Counted from the first letter of the stretch, positions 46,297 to 56,366 are shown. The stretch is DNA of 61,782 nucleotides from a virus (IMGVR_UViG_3300032242_001102:1-61782); one strand, 5' to 3'. The notes: generated from the letters alone by a model not told the origin. Made by a program: numbers and translations.

Positions 46297-47024
46297 TTTG
46301 CTTGTGCTGGTAACAAATAACGATAAACTGCTAGACCACTATCAACAACTATCTCTGTTACACCAGCATCACTAATGCGAACAGTTTTGTCACCGGGTAG
46401 ATCCATAATGCTCAAAAACTCTTTAACAGGCCACATCCAAGCTTTGTTTAATGAACCATTAACTGTAGGATGAAACACAAAGTTACCACTATGTGTTGAT
46501 GGATCACCAAAGAAAATCTTCAAGTCACCGTTTTCAGTTTTAGTAGTAAAGTTCTTTTCTTCACTATTAGCACTTGCTTGACGTTTCAATCGTTGAATGC
46601 CAGCAATAGTAGGTTCAAATTCAACATTCCATGTTGTACCTTTAAACATTACATGTTTAACTTTTTCTTCAACGATAGATTTGCTCATCAAACGATAATC
46701 GTTAATGAAGTCACCTGCTTTTGTTTCAAAGTGAATATTAGCTGGTGCATTAGGATCATCACGTGTACCACGAACAACATTGATTTTAGCATGTTCATCA
46801 TAGTCATCAAAGCCTAGAATTGTTTTTAGTTTACCCAAGTTAGGCATACCAAAAACACCAATAAACTCTGCGTTAGGGTTTTTAAATGTACCACTAACAA
46901 TAACATTTTTATCTTCTGCTACTGCGTTGACATTTGTTTCTGTGTCAGTACCACTGACTTTAATCAATTCAATACAGCCTAGACCGTATGTATGTTGAAT
47001 TAAATCTTGTAAATTATCTTTCAT
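46293..47024 (-). CDS. DNA polymerase sliding clamp (gp45/PCNA-like)
   Basis: 243 aa directly downstream of polB; two-domain pattern ending YRYLLPA. Confidence 0.7.
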   Translation of the reverse strand: MKDNLQDLIQHTYGLGCIELIKVSGTDTETNVNAVAEDKNVIVSGTFKNPNAEFIGVFGMPNLGKLKTILGFDDYDEHAKINVVRGTRDDPNAPANIHFETKAGDFINDYRLMSKSIVEEKVKHVMFKGTTWNVEFEPTIAGIQRLKRQASANSEEKNFTTKTENGDLKIFFGDPSTHSGNFVFHPTVNGSLNKAWMWPVKEFLSIMDLPGDKTVRISDAGVTEIVVDSGLAVYRYLLPAQAK

Positions 47025-47065
47025 GTTTTTCCTTTGTTTAAACTATTTAGGTAGTTATGCTGTGT

Positions 47066-47094
47066 ATTATAATGGAATATATTGCGTGAGTCAA
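47066..47094 (-). promoter_or_regulatory. sigma-70-type promoter
   Basis: TTGACT-17-TATAAT. Confidence 0.75.
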
Positions 47095-47102
47095 CAAGCA
47101 AT

Positions 47103-49820
47103 TTAACCAAATGTGAATAGTTCATCAAATGTACTGTTAGTATTTGTATTGCTACGAATATCCCAATCCAATACACCCAATAAATTATCAATCTTTTCAT
47201 CTACTAGTGTCTGTTCCATTGCCTGGTCATCAAAGGGCAATTCACAGAACCATTGGGGCAATCTCAATTCATCAACAGGATATGCAATACTTGTAAATCC
47301 TAATGGATTATTTTTAAGTTTACAGACTACGACCTTCATTCCGTCAATGATTTTTTGACTATAATTATCACTATTAACTCTACGTAAATAATTATAATTA
47401 AGAGCCGCACGAACGTGCCCGGGCATATTAGCACGACCTGTACTACTCTTAGCTTCTAAATCACCATACATTGTTAATTTGTTTACTGATTTAGGGCTAC
47501 CTTTAGTCCAACTATCTTGTGCAGTTAATATACGTTTGAAATCCTTAATGGCTTCAATAACATCCTCACGACCTTTACCTCGTTGAAGAACCATTTCAAG
47601 TACATTCATTAAGAACTCTTGTACATATTTAGGAGTATCAGCACGTTTTAAGTCTAGACCCATAGCCTTGATATCACCTAGAGCACCACCACTATCTTTA
47701 CGTTTACCCTCTTTGTCAAAGATGTTAATAGCATAACGCTTTTTAACAATAAAGATAGCACGATCACCAATCAATTCACGACCAGCTTTAATGATACTAC
47801 CATTCTTTCTTGGAGCATGAAATGCACGTTCCATGAATGCAGGAAAACTATCATTTGCTTGGTCAGCAATACCATCATACAGTCCTATACAAGTTTCTTT
47901 ATTCCATTCTAATGCACCAGTTTCAATCTGTGATTTTAATGTTGGGTAAGCTGTAAAGTAACAACTATCAGTATCGCCATATACGATAGCATTACCTTCG
48001 TGTGAATAAACACCTTCAACTGTTTCATTGATAGTGCTCATCATATGTTTCACAATCTGACGACCACTCAATGTAACACTTTGACCGATACGTTTATCAT
48101 AGAAACGACAATGTTCATTCAACAATGCACCATATGCACTATTCAATAAAATCTTACGAACAAGCTGACGCTTATCATAGTATTCATATTTGTCAGTACC
48201 ATATGCTTCTTTAGCAAGTTTCTGTGTTTCTTTACGTTCACTATACCAACGACTGAGTAGACCGGGAACAACACCTTCTTTTTCATAAGTAAAGATTGTA
48301 CCATTAGCACTTAGCATCCAGGGACGATGACTATCAAAGACCATCTTCCAAATCTCTGCGGCACTCATTTCTTCACTACGACCATCTTCATAGTCAACAG
48401 TTAATATAGTGCCACGTTCTTGGTTCATGATAGCTGTATATTCTAGTGCACCAAATAGATTTTCCCAGAGAATACTTCCAGTAACAGCATCATCACCTTC
48501 TTTGTGACGTTTCTTTTCACTTGCTAATCGTAATCCCTTGTCGTGCATGTATTTGTCTGTGAGAGTTTGTCTGACTTGTGCGACAATGGTTTCTCCTGCC
48601 ATGTTGAGGGCACGAATAACCGAGGGATAGAGACTGTTAATGTCAACTGCTCCGACCCACTCATGCATACCTCTTTTCGGCGTAGCAACAAAGGCACCTG
48701 CTGCCTGCTGGACATCTTCTTCATTTATAACCTTTCGTTTTTTATCTGGTACTACTAAGCCACGTTCGTGTGCCTCATTGAAAATTGCCATCTCAATCAT
48801 TGCCACTGAACCCATTACTGTCGGGAGCAGTACTGTATTCTCATGTGCAAGTTGATTAGCTAATTCTAAAAACTTAAGTTTGTTGTGAATCTTCACCAAC
48901 AACATTGTATCCTGTCTGTTATATTCAATGAACTTTTTAAAGTCTTTGTTATATAATTGGTCAAGAGTACCTTCATATTGAGTTTTATTTTCACCGACTT
49001 CCATCTCACCAATACTATCAAGTTTGTAACTATGACGACTCTCATAGTTATACTTTTTATATAGTTGTAGATAGTCTAAATGAATACGACCTACCAAGTC
49101 ATAAGTTGTTTCACTTTTACCGAATCGTTCATATTCACGTGCTTTAGGTAATTGACCCATCAAACAAAACTTGCGTGTGTCATCTTTACTCATTACTCTA
49201 GTAACACGATTGACCATATATGGAATATCATATCCCTCAGAGTTCCAGCCAGTCAATACATCTGCATCGTCAATAAGTTGAAAGAAAACATCAAACATTT
49301 CTTTTTCATTTGTGAATAGCATTGTATTCTCAAACTCATTAGTGATTTCTTGGGCTGTTTCACTGCTCATATGTTTCGGAGCAATCACTAATGTAATACA
49401 TTGGTCTAGCCAATCTAAGTAACAACTGATAGCAGTTACAGGATTGAATGGATCGCTTGTTGGACTGAATCCTTTTTCAGGATCAAAATCAACTTCAATG
49501 TCAAAGAAGCAAGTATGAAGTTTAGGTGCATCAACCTTAAGATAGTTTTCGCTTAAACAACGAAAAACTACAGGTACATCACTTTCAAATAGTTTTTTAT
49601 TTGAGTGTATACGTTTTTCTTTTTCAAACTCTTGTCGTTTGCGAGTACTGAAACGACTGACTGGATCGCCATAGATACTACGATGTTTACCCTTAGGATC
49701 TGGATAATACAATACATAGTTAGTAGGATATTCTTTATACTCTCGTTTGCCGTCTTTGTTTCTCTCTACAACATAGATACGGTCTTCGTCCCTACTGTGA
49801 ATAGCATCCACATATGACAT
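47103..49820 (-). CDS. family B DNA polymerase
   Basis: DIE, WNSEGYD, DINSLYPS, KILLNSAYG, YGDTDS, KKRY. Confidence 0.97.
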   Translation of the reverse strand: MSYVDAIHSRDEDRIYVVERNKDGKREYKEYPTNYVLYYPDPKGKHRSIYGDPVSRFSTRKRQEFEKEKRIHSNKKLFESDVPVVFRCLSENYLKVDAPKLHTCFFDIEVDFDPEKGFSPTSDPFNPVTAISCYLDWLDQCITLVIAPKHMSSETAQEITNEFENTMLFTNEKEMFDVFFQLIDDADVLTGWNSEGYDIPYMVNRVTRVMSKDDTRKFCLMGQLPKAREYERFGKSETTYDLVGRIHLDYLQLYKKYNYESRHSYKLDSIGEMEVGENKTQYEGTLDQLYNKDFKKFIEYNRQDTMLLVKIHNKLKFLELANQLAHENTVLLPTVMGSVAMIEMAIFNEAHERGLVVPDKKRKVINEEDVQQAAGAFVATPKRGMHEWVGAVDINSLYPSVIRALNMAGETIVAQVRQTLTDKYMHDKGLRLASEKKRHKEGDDAVTGSILWENLFGALEYTAIMNQERGTILTVDYEDGRSEEMSAAEIWKMVFDSHRPWMLSANGTIFTYEKEGVVPGLLSRWYSERKETQKLAKEAYGTDKYEYYDKRQLVRKILLNSAYGALLNEHCRFYDKRIGQSVTLSGRQIVKHMMSTINETVEGVYSHEGNAIVYGDTDSCYFTAYPTLKSQIETGALEWNKETCIGLYDGIADQANDSFPAFMERAFHAPRKNGSIIKAGRELIGDRAIFIVKKRYAINIFDKEGKRKDSGGALGDIKAMGLDLKRADTPKYVQEFLMNVLEMVLQRGKGREDVIEAIKDFKRILTAQDSWTKGSPKSVNKLTMYGDLEAKSSTGRANMPGHVRAALNYNYLRRVNSDNYSQKIIDGMKVVVCKLKNNPLGFTSIAYPVDELRLPQWFCELPFDDQAMEQTLVDEKIDNLLGVLDWDIRSNTNTNSTFDELFTFG

Positions 49821-50086
49821 TAAAGGGTTTTCCCTACAGTTTCCAAGATAGTGTTAAGTTCATCGTGGTCTTTATTAGTCTGACCTAGACTTGCTTTGTG
49901 TGCAATTTTAATTGCTTTCTTTAATGTACTGGCTTTGATTTCAAGTTCTTCGGCAACCGCCTTGATAGTGTCGTTTAGTCCACCATTCAATGTATCAATT
50001 TCATGTAGTACGTGCATACCTTCATTAATTAACTGTGTTAATTTAATTTTTGCTTCACCATTAAAAGTTCTGTTATAATCTGACAT
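49820..50086 (-). CDS. small dsDNA-binding protein (T4 DsbA/GapR-like)
   Basis: Coiled coil plus IKAVAEELEIKASTLKKAIKIAHK. Confidence 0.6.
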   Translation of the reverse strand: MSDYNRTFNGEAKIKLTQLINEGMHVLHEIDTLNGGLNDTIKAVAEELEIKASTLKKAIKIAHKASLGQTNKDHDELNTILETVGKTL

Positions 50087-50109
50087 AGTTTCTCCTTAAA
50101 TAATTAGTT

Positions 50110-50138
50110 AGTATACTTGGCGTGTGCAGAGAAGTCAA
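50110..50138 (-). promoter_or_regulatory. sigma-70-type promoter
   Basis: TTGACT-17-TATACT. Confidence 0.7.
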
Positions 50139-50731
50139 GTATTTTGCTTACCTTCTACAATCTTTTTTATCATTTTAGGTAATCCGGGATTAACATGTAA
50201 TGCATGTGGCATTAGTTCGTTGCGAATATAGTTACGGGTATATTTGTTATTTTTGTTAGATTTATCCTCACACCATTCAATATTATGGCTCTCGCACCAA
50301 TATATAAAATCTTCTTTGCGTGTAGTTAAGAATGGACGTAATACATTGTTTCTTGTTAGTGGAATAACTTTGGGTGTACCATGTAATGCTGACCAAATAT
50401 ATGTTTCAACACAATCATCCAAATGATGGCAGGTAATGATTGGTCCATGTGTAGCAAAATATTGATAGCGTTCTTCTCTCCAGAATTCTTCCTGGCTCAT
50501 TGATTTGGGTTTATCACGATTTAATACACCTAAAAATAATGGGAGATTTCTATCCTCACAAAATTTAGATACAAATTCTAATGCTTTGTTACTATGTTCA
50601 GTACCATGATGGAAATAAGCACAAGATACATCATGTTTGCGACTTAGAAAGTCAACGACAGCGCAACTATCTACACCGCCGCTAAATGCTACTGTAACTT
50701 GTTTGGGTAAGGGTACTGTAATCTTAATCAT
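50135..50731 (-). CDS. tilS: tRNA(Ile)-lysidine synthetase, catalytic domain only
   Basis: FSGGVDS PP-loop, ERY, HHLDD..ET, LRPFL, D.SN...RN.IR. Confidence 0.88.
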   Translation of the reverse strand: MIKITVPLPKQVTVAFSGGVDSCAVVDFLSRKHDVSCAYFHHGTEHSNKALEFVSKFCEDRNLPLFLGVLNRDKPKSMSQEEFWREERYQYFATHGPIITCHHLDDCVETYIWSALHGTPKVIPLTRNNVLRPFLTTRKEDFIYWCESHNIEWCEDKSNKNNKYTRNYIRNELMPHALHVNPGLPKMIKKIVEGKQNT

Positions 50732-50737
50732 TTATGC

Positions 50738-50766
50738 ATTATAGCATATAATGATTTATTTTGCAA
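50738..50766 (-). promoter_or_regulatory. sigma-70-type promoter
   Basis: TTGCAA-17-TATAAT; tilS probably leaderless. Confidence 0.65.
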
Positions 50767-50783
50767 TAGTTATGGATTTTTGT

Positions 50784-51743
50784 TTAACCGTAGGCTGCGG
50801 CTGCAAGTCCGTATCGTCCGGTGCCCACTCCTGCTGAATCTGTAGCAACTACGCCTGTGTTTGATACTAGATTAGTTATTGATTGATAAGCCAATGCTCC
50901 AGAACCCGCATTACCGTAACCAAATATAGCTTTATCACTACCGTAACCAGCGGCTCCAAGCGACTGTCTTGCTGTACCAACACCTGTAGTATCAGTTGAA
51001 ACTACACCTGTGTTACTTACTAGGTTAGTTACTGATTGTTTAATCAGTCCGGCCTGGGTAAGTCCATATCCAAATATGGCTTTATCTGTACCATAACCAG
51101 CAGCCGCAAGACTATATCTAGCAGTACCCACACCGGTTGTATCAGTAGCCACAACTCCTGTATTACTTACTAGGTTGGTCATTGTAAGATCACTAGTCCC
51201 ATCAAAGCCATATCCAAAAATAGCTTTATCAGTGCTATAACCTGCGGCGCTTGGGCCTTGTCTTGCAGTCCCCACTCCGGTAGTATCTGTGGCAACTACA
51301 CCTGTGTTTGATACTTTGTTTGTTAATGAGTAGTATGTAGCTGAACCAGATGCGTATACTCCATATCCAAAAATGGCTTTATCTGTGCCGTAGCCTGCGG
51401 CAGCTAAATATCCTCTAATAGAACCAACACCTGCGGTATCTGTGGCTACTACACCTGTATTACTTACTAGGTTAGACATAGCTACATAACCACTAACGCT
51501 ATTATATCCATATCCAAAAATAGCTTTATCAGTGCCATAACTTGCGGCTGCAAGCTGATATCTAGCAGTACCAACACCGGTTGTATCAGTGGCAACTACA
51601 CCTGCGTTACTTACAAGGTTGGTTATTGCTGTCAGTGACCCAGTACTTCCATATCCAAAGATAGCTTTATTACCACTCGGGCCCGGAGCAACAGTCCATC
51701 CACTACCAGTTAATGTAATACCACCTGTTATTGTTATTGACAT
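50784..51743 (-). CDS. six-repeat beta-propeller protein, paralogue 1
   Basis: Six ~49-aa repeats KAIFGYG-x-TNLVSNTGVVATDTTGVGTAR-xx-LAAAGYG. Confidence 0.85.
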   Translation of the reverse strand: MSITITGGITLTGSGWTVAPGPSGNKAIFGYGSTGSLTAITNLVSNAGVVATDTTGVGTARYQLAAASYGTDKAIFGYGYNSVSGYVAMSNLVSNTGVVATDTAGVGSIRGYLAAAGYGTDKAIFGYGVYASGSATYYSLTNKVSNTGVVATDTTGVGTARQGPSAAGYSTDKAIFGYGFDGTSDLTMTNLVSNTGVVATDTTGVGTARYSLAAAGYGTDKAIFGYGLTQAGLIKQSVTNLVSNTGVVSTDTTGVGTARQSLGAAGYGSDKAIFGYGNAGSGALAYQSITNLVSNTGVVATDSAGVGTGRYGLAAAAYG

Positions 51744-51760
51744 AATTTATTCTTTTTCAT

Positions 51761-54478
51761 TTATTGTAGTGGGAAGGCTGCGGTTGGTGCAGTGAAGTTA
51801 CTTGTATAACGTGCATAACCTTTAGTGAATCTAACATTACTGAGGTATCCCACAAATGTACCTAATGTTAATACTGAAGAACCAATATTATCAGTAGATG
51901 TAAAACTTGTATTTGGATATGAACTTGGATTAGCACCATTACCTATACTTTGTAAAGTACCATTCAAATATAATTTACAGACACCAGATTGACGAACTAA
52001 TGCAACATGATACCACGCATTTAATGCCGCTGATTGTGTTAAAGAGCAACTCCAAACTGTAGGAAGTGTGTTTTGATTAGTAGCCACTTGTAATTTATTT
52101 CCAAAACCTGAATTTCCAAAACGTATACTAACACCATATGCGCCATCATATGTATCTACTAAAAATTTATATCCGCTATCAGCAGTTGCTAGATAGAACC
52201 ATGTTTCTACTGTGAAATCACCAGTGCCATATGCATATAGTAGAGTTTTAGTTTGATTAGTAACATATCCTGAATTAAAACTAATACTTGTATTTCCAAA
52301 CTTAGTTTGAGTTGTAGATAGTTGTGTATCAGATGTTGTTTCTAAATTGTACATCATAGAGTTATCTAGTATACCAATATTAGAAAAGTTACATAATAAG
52401 CTTGTATTTGTTACTACTGGTAGTGGTGCTGTACTTGGACTAAAGTTTGAAGTATATAATACAGTGCCTTTAATAAATCTTAAATTACTAATATATCCAG
52501 TAAACGGGTAAGTGGTATAACCAGTATCACCGCCGTTTCCAACTGTAAATAAACTTGCTGAATCATTTACTGTATTTGAAAATGCTACTGTTGCAACCGA
52601 TATACCATTTAAATAATATATTAGTGTATTAGAGTTACGAACAACAGCATGGTGATTCCACGTATTTAATACTACTACGTTTGATGCAGATAATACAGTA
52701 CTTCCACTTGAGTAATACAAATAGAAATTAACATCTTTGGGAGTGGCAGTGGGACCCAATGACCAAAAGAAACTTCCAGCACCGCCACCAGACTGAAATT
52801 GTGACGCAATGACAGGGTAATTCCCAGTTGCGGTTGGATATATCCAAGCCTCTATAGTAAAATTTGAAGTTCCTAAAGCAAATGCGCTACTGTCTGGTAT
52901 AGTCAAATAATCTCCGGTGCCATCAAAATAACCACTTCCACCTATTGCAGAAGAACTATATCCCAAAGAACCAGTAGTGTAACCGAATGGGTTTTGAGTT
53001 ATTATTTTTGGTGAACCAAATACACTAATTGTAAAGTTATTTGTACTGTTATCAATAAATGTATTACTTTGACATGTTAATAAACTTGTGCCTGTTATTG
53101 CTGTTAATGGATTGATAGGTGGTGTAAATGCTGATGTGTAAACTGCAACGCCTTTGACAACACGTATGTTAGAAATGTATCCATTAAAGTAATGTAAGAA
53201 TCCATCTGACGCATATCTGCGACTTATATATGGTGTAGTAGCATTAAAGTTTTGTGCTGATGTTGTGGTAGCAATTAATACTCCATTTACAAAAAAATAC
53301 ACTGTAGTGCCACTTCTAGTGCAAGCAACGTGGTACCACGTACCATCGTTAATAACATTATTACCAGTTACTAAACCAGTCAAACCGGTATCTGAAATTA
53401 CTGATATATTTTTATTGGTTCTATCATATTGAAACAAGATACCGTTATTAACACCATCACGTGTTTGGAATACATGTTGTTGAAAATAATCTCCTGCACC
53501 TATAGGATTAAGCCAAAATTCAATACTAAAATCCCCTGTACCAAATGAAAAAACTGCATTAGAAGGTACAGTTGCGTAATCAGTACTACCATTAAAATAA
53601 TTACTATAACTAGTAGGCAAAAATGATGATGGACTGAATGGGCTAAAACGCTGTACTGCCGGTGAACCTGTCACAGTTAAAGCAAATATATTATTACTGT
53701 TATCAATAAAACTGTTGCTTTGACATGTTAATAAACTTGTATTACTTATAGCCGTTAGTGGAGTTGTGCTTGGGATAAAGTTAGTTGTATATAATGCTGT
53801 ACCCTTTAAAATACGTGCATTAGAAATATATCCGGGAAAAAATAATGTTGCTGCAACACTAGCACCAATGTATGATATTGTACCAGTATAATTAGTACTA
53901 TCAGAGGTTGTAGCACCGACTTGAGTTCCATTAATAAACAATCTGTTTGACGATCCAGATCTTGTCCATGCTACGTGAGTCCAAGAATTAAGAGTAATTG
54001 TACCGGCTGGAGCAATTATTTCTATCTGTGAGGGACTTCCGCCCTTCCATAAATTTAATGCATTATTATAACTATAAAGAGTATATCCTCCTGCACCACC
54101 GTACACATTATCTGCAAAAAGTACTTTATAGGCGCTAGTGGAAGTAGCAGTTTGAAAAATCCAACATTCTAAAGTTAAATCACCAGTGCCAAAAGTAAAT
54201 GCTGTATTTGTTGGAGTTTTTAAATAATCTGTAGATCCATTAAAATAATTACTCCAATTACCACCAAAAGGTGTGAATGTACCTTGAGTAGTATTACCAT
54301 AACGAGTAATAGGAAAGTTATTAGTACTAGTATCAACAAATGTACTGTTAGTAGCATTATTTGCACCATTGCCAGGCAATAGTAATGTATTGTACATAAA
54401 ATATGGATCATTAGATGGTGGAGTAAAACTAAATCCTCCACCACTATATGTAATTCCACCTGTAATCGTTGCTGTCAT
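51761..54478 (-). CDS. LamG/concanavalin A-like repeat protein (about four domains), probable virion surface protein
   Basis: Repeated YFNG..DY...FGTGDFT.E.W...W.HVA..R...GYISN.R..KG. Confidence 0.88.
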   Translation of the reverse strand: MTATITGGITYSGGGFSFTPPSNDPYFMYNTLLLPGNGANNATNSTFVDTSTNNFPITRYGNTTQGTFTPFGGNWSNYFNGSTDYLKTPTNTAFTFGTGDLTLECWIFQTATSTSAYKVLFADNVYGGAGGYTLYSYNNALNLWKGGSPSQIEIIAPAGTITLNSWTHVAWTRSGSSNRLFINGTQVGATTSDSTNYTGTISYIGASVAATLFFPGYISNARILKGTALYTTNFIPSTTPLTAISNTSLLTCQSNSFIDNSNNIFALTVTGSPAVQRFSPFSPSSFLPTSYSNYFNGSTDYATVPSNAVFSFGTGDFSIEFWLNPIGAGDYFQQHVFQTRDGVNNGILFQYDRTNKNISVISDTGLTGLVTGNNVINDGTWYHVACTRSGTTVYFFVNGVLIATTTSAQNFNATTPYISRRYASDGFLHYFNGYISNIRVVKGVAVYTSAFTPPINPLTAITGTSLLTCQSNTFIDNSTNNFTISVFGSPKIITQNPFGYTTGSLGYSSSAIGGSGYFDGTGDYLTIPDSSAFALGTSNFTIEAWIYPTATGNYPVIASQFQSGGGAGSFFWSLGPTATPKDVNFYLYYSSGSTVLSASNVVVLNTWNHHAVVRNSNTLIYYLNGISVATVAFSNTVNDSASLFTVGNGGDTGYTTYPFTGYISNLRFIKGTVLYTSNFSPSTAPLPVVTNTSLLCNFSNIGILDNSMMYNLETTSDTQLSTTQTKFGNTSISFNSGYVTNQTKTLLYAYGTGDFTVETWFYLATADSGYKFLVDTYDGAYGVSIRFGNSGFGNKLQVATNQNTLPTVWSCSLTQSAALNAWYHVALVRQSGVCKLYLNGTLQSIGNGANPSSYPNTSFTSTDNIGSSVLTLGTFVGYLSNVRFTKGYARYTSNFTAPTAAFPLQ

Positions 54479-54488
54479 TAGTTACTCT

Positions 54489-55445
54489 TTATTGAAATAT
54501 CTCTGGATGCATTTTACCAAATATCTTCATATACTTGCCAGCCATCATATCAGCTTCTGCTTCAATTGGACTACCTGGATAACTGTCACCAGGCTTAATC
54601 ATATTTAATTCACCTTGACGTACATGTGTTAATTCATGGAATACTGTACGTAATATATCAACCATATTACGATTTTTACAATAAACCCACACTTCACCTG
54701 TTTCAGGATTATGTCTACCGGTATGATGACCTTCTTGTGCTTCATCACTATTGTAACTAAAATCTATCTTTGGAGTATTTTGTAAATTTAATTTCTTAGC
54801 TGTCCAAGCAATAAACTTCTTTACAATAGGATTATTGTTTAAATCTTCTTGTTCAGCTTCTGTAATATAAGGTTTTAATAATTCAGGATCATATCCCTTA
54901 TGTCTAGCAGAATCTCGTAATCGTATTAATCCTTTGGCTTCAATTTGTCTAATTCTATCTCTAGATAAACCAAATTTATCACCGATCTGTTGCAATGTTA
55001 AATCATACCAAAATCTTAGAATTAATACCTTTCGTTGGTCATCGGTTAATCTGTCCAAACCATTTTGAATAACTTGTTTAATACTACTATCTATCTCTGA
55101 CTCTTCACCGGCTGTATCTTTATATGGTACTCGTTCTGCTCTACTATAAATGTCATTAGGATCATCTAATGTTGGCATTGGCTGCCCTCTATATGTAGTA
55201 CCGTCTGGCCTATATCTTTGTCCGCGATATTTTTGAACCTCATCTAGCTTATCTTTAATCCAATTGTCTGGAGTTTTATGATATGTTCTAACAAATAAAT
55301 CATGTAATGCATCACCGGTTATACGATGTTTCTTTGCTATCTTTTTCATTAATTTATCAATGGTATTATAGTCGTGTTTTTCTAAGCTAGGAAGTTTCTT
55401 AGCTAATTCACTTGCGGCTGATTCGTATAGTTCTATGGCTCTCAT
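54489..55445 (-). CDS. putative virion-internal polyprotein: sigma-70 region 4 plus HExxH metallopeptidase-like domain
   Basis: MRAIELYE; LTLQQIGDKFGLSRDRIRQIEAKGL; RTVFHELTH...EAEA. Confidence 0.8.
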   Translation of the reverse strand: MRAIELYESAASELAKKLPSLEKHDYNTIDKLMKKIAKKHRITGDALHDLFVRTYHKTPDNWIKDKLDEVQKYRGQRYRPDGTTYRGQPMPTLDDPNDIYSRAERVPYKDTAGEESEIDSSIKQVIQNGLDRLTDDQRKVLILRFWYDLTLQQIGDKFGLSRDRIRQIEAKGLIRLRDSARHKGYDPELLKPYITEAEQEDLNNNPIVKKFIAWTAKKLNLQNTPKIDFSYNSDEAQEGHHTGRHNPETGEVWVYCKNRNMVDILRTVFHELTHVRQGELNMIKPGDSYPGSPIEAEADMMAGKYMKIFGKMHPEIFQ

Positions 55446-55456
55446 ATTAGTATTTA

Positions 55457-55546
55457 TGCTCACTTTTGATTTCACAGTAGCGAATTGTTACATCAGGCCA
55501 GCAGCCGGCCCACACTTATAACGCAAAGGTCCTAAGGTAGTGTGTT
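55457..55546 (-). ncRNA. candidate structured RNA with pseudoknot, family not recognised
   Basis: GC-rich intergenic; stems CACACU/AGUGUG, GGCC/GGCC, UGAU/AUCA; loop UUCGCU pairs with 3' AGUGAG. Confidence 0.55.
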
Positions 55547-55547
55547 C

Positions 55548-56366
55548 TTAATCAGTTGATGCATTTGCACCGCATTTTGTTCGTTTAGCATTAGTTAATA
55601 GACCGTAGTCTACAGGCCATTCTTTTCCAGGTTGTAATTCAATTGCACCTTGTGGGAAAGCAAACTTAACACCACCTGCACTTTCAATCTGTGCAACTGG
55701 AAGTCTGAACTTAGTTAAGTCATTACCTAAGTTAGGATATGGTGCAACGTGTGGGAATATCCATCCTGCTATTTCTTTAGTTTGATTATTGATAACAATT
55801 TTGTAAAAACCATGTGGAACAACAACACCGTTGCCGATTTTCTTATCTTGTGCATTATATACTCCGCCTACATAAACAGTATAACTTTGATTACGCTGAA
55901 CTGCCCAACCACGTACACTAGTTTCTAATAGTTTCCATATTCCACGATTCAATGAACCAGCTTGTGGGCTCATGTTGGTCATTAGGAAACTTTCATATTC
56001 AACTTGTACATCCCATGATAAGTCACCGTCTGGACTCATATGCCCTTTATCGTAGCCAGTACCTGCGTAATCGTTGGGAGTGGCTCCTCCTGAAATTGAT
56101 TGGTCAGTAGCAAAAGCATTAGTGCGAGCGACACAGCCGAGAGCGTTTTTAGGTAATAATTCATATGTTACATATCTAGGTAATTTTGCGGCAGCATCAT
56201 ATCCAACTAGATATGCTTGTCTGCATATAGGTGTTACACCTACTGTTTGTGGAAATCCATATGGGCTATGTACCTGACATTGTTGTACTGGTAGTGGAGC
56301 ACGTTGATCCCACGCAAAGGTATTTGTTGATAGCATTACTGCTAATATTGTTAATAGTTTTTTCAT
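55548..56366 (-). CDS. secreted DNA/RNA non-specific endonuclease (NucA type)
   Basis: Signal peptide; YDKGHM, TNMSPQ..LNRG.W..LE, VP..FYK. Confidence 0.92.
   Translation of the reverse strand: MKKLLTILAVMLSTNTFAWDQRAPLPVQQCQVHSPYGFPQTVGVTPICRQAYLVGYDAAAKLPRYVTYELLPKNALGCVARTNAFATDQSISGGATPNDYAGTGYDKGHMSPDGDLSWDVQVEYESFLMTNMSPQAGSLNRGIWKLLETSVRGWAVQRNQSYTVYVGGVYNAQDKKIGNGVVVPHGFYKIVINNQTKEIAGWIFPHVAPYPNLGNDLTKFRLPVAQIESAGGVKFAFPQGAIELQPGKEWPVDYGLLTNAKRTKCGANASTD

Noticed and set aside
47103-49820. Intein or intron in DNA polymerase
   Set aside because: ORF is continuous at ordinary length; the insert after motif A lacks splice-junction and homing-endonuclease motifs.
55465-55500. Hammerhead ribozyme (CUGAUG...GAAA)
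   Set aside because: Core reads CUGAUGU rather than CUGANGA, and stems I and III with a cleavage triplet cannot be built; kept as an unassigned RNA.
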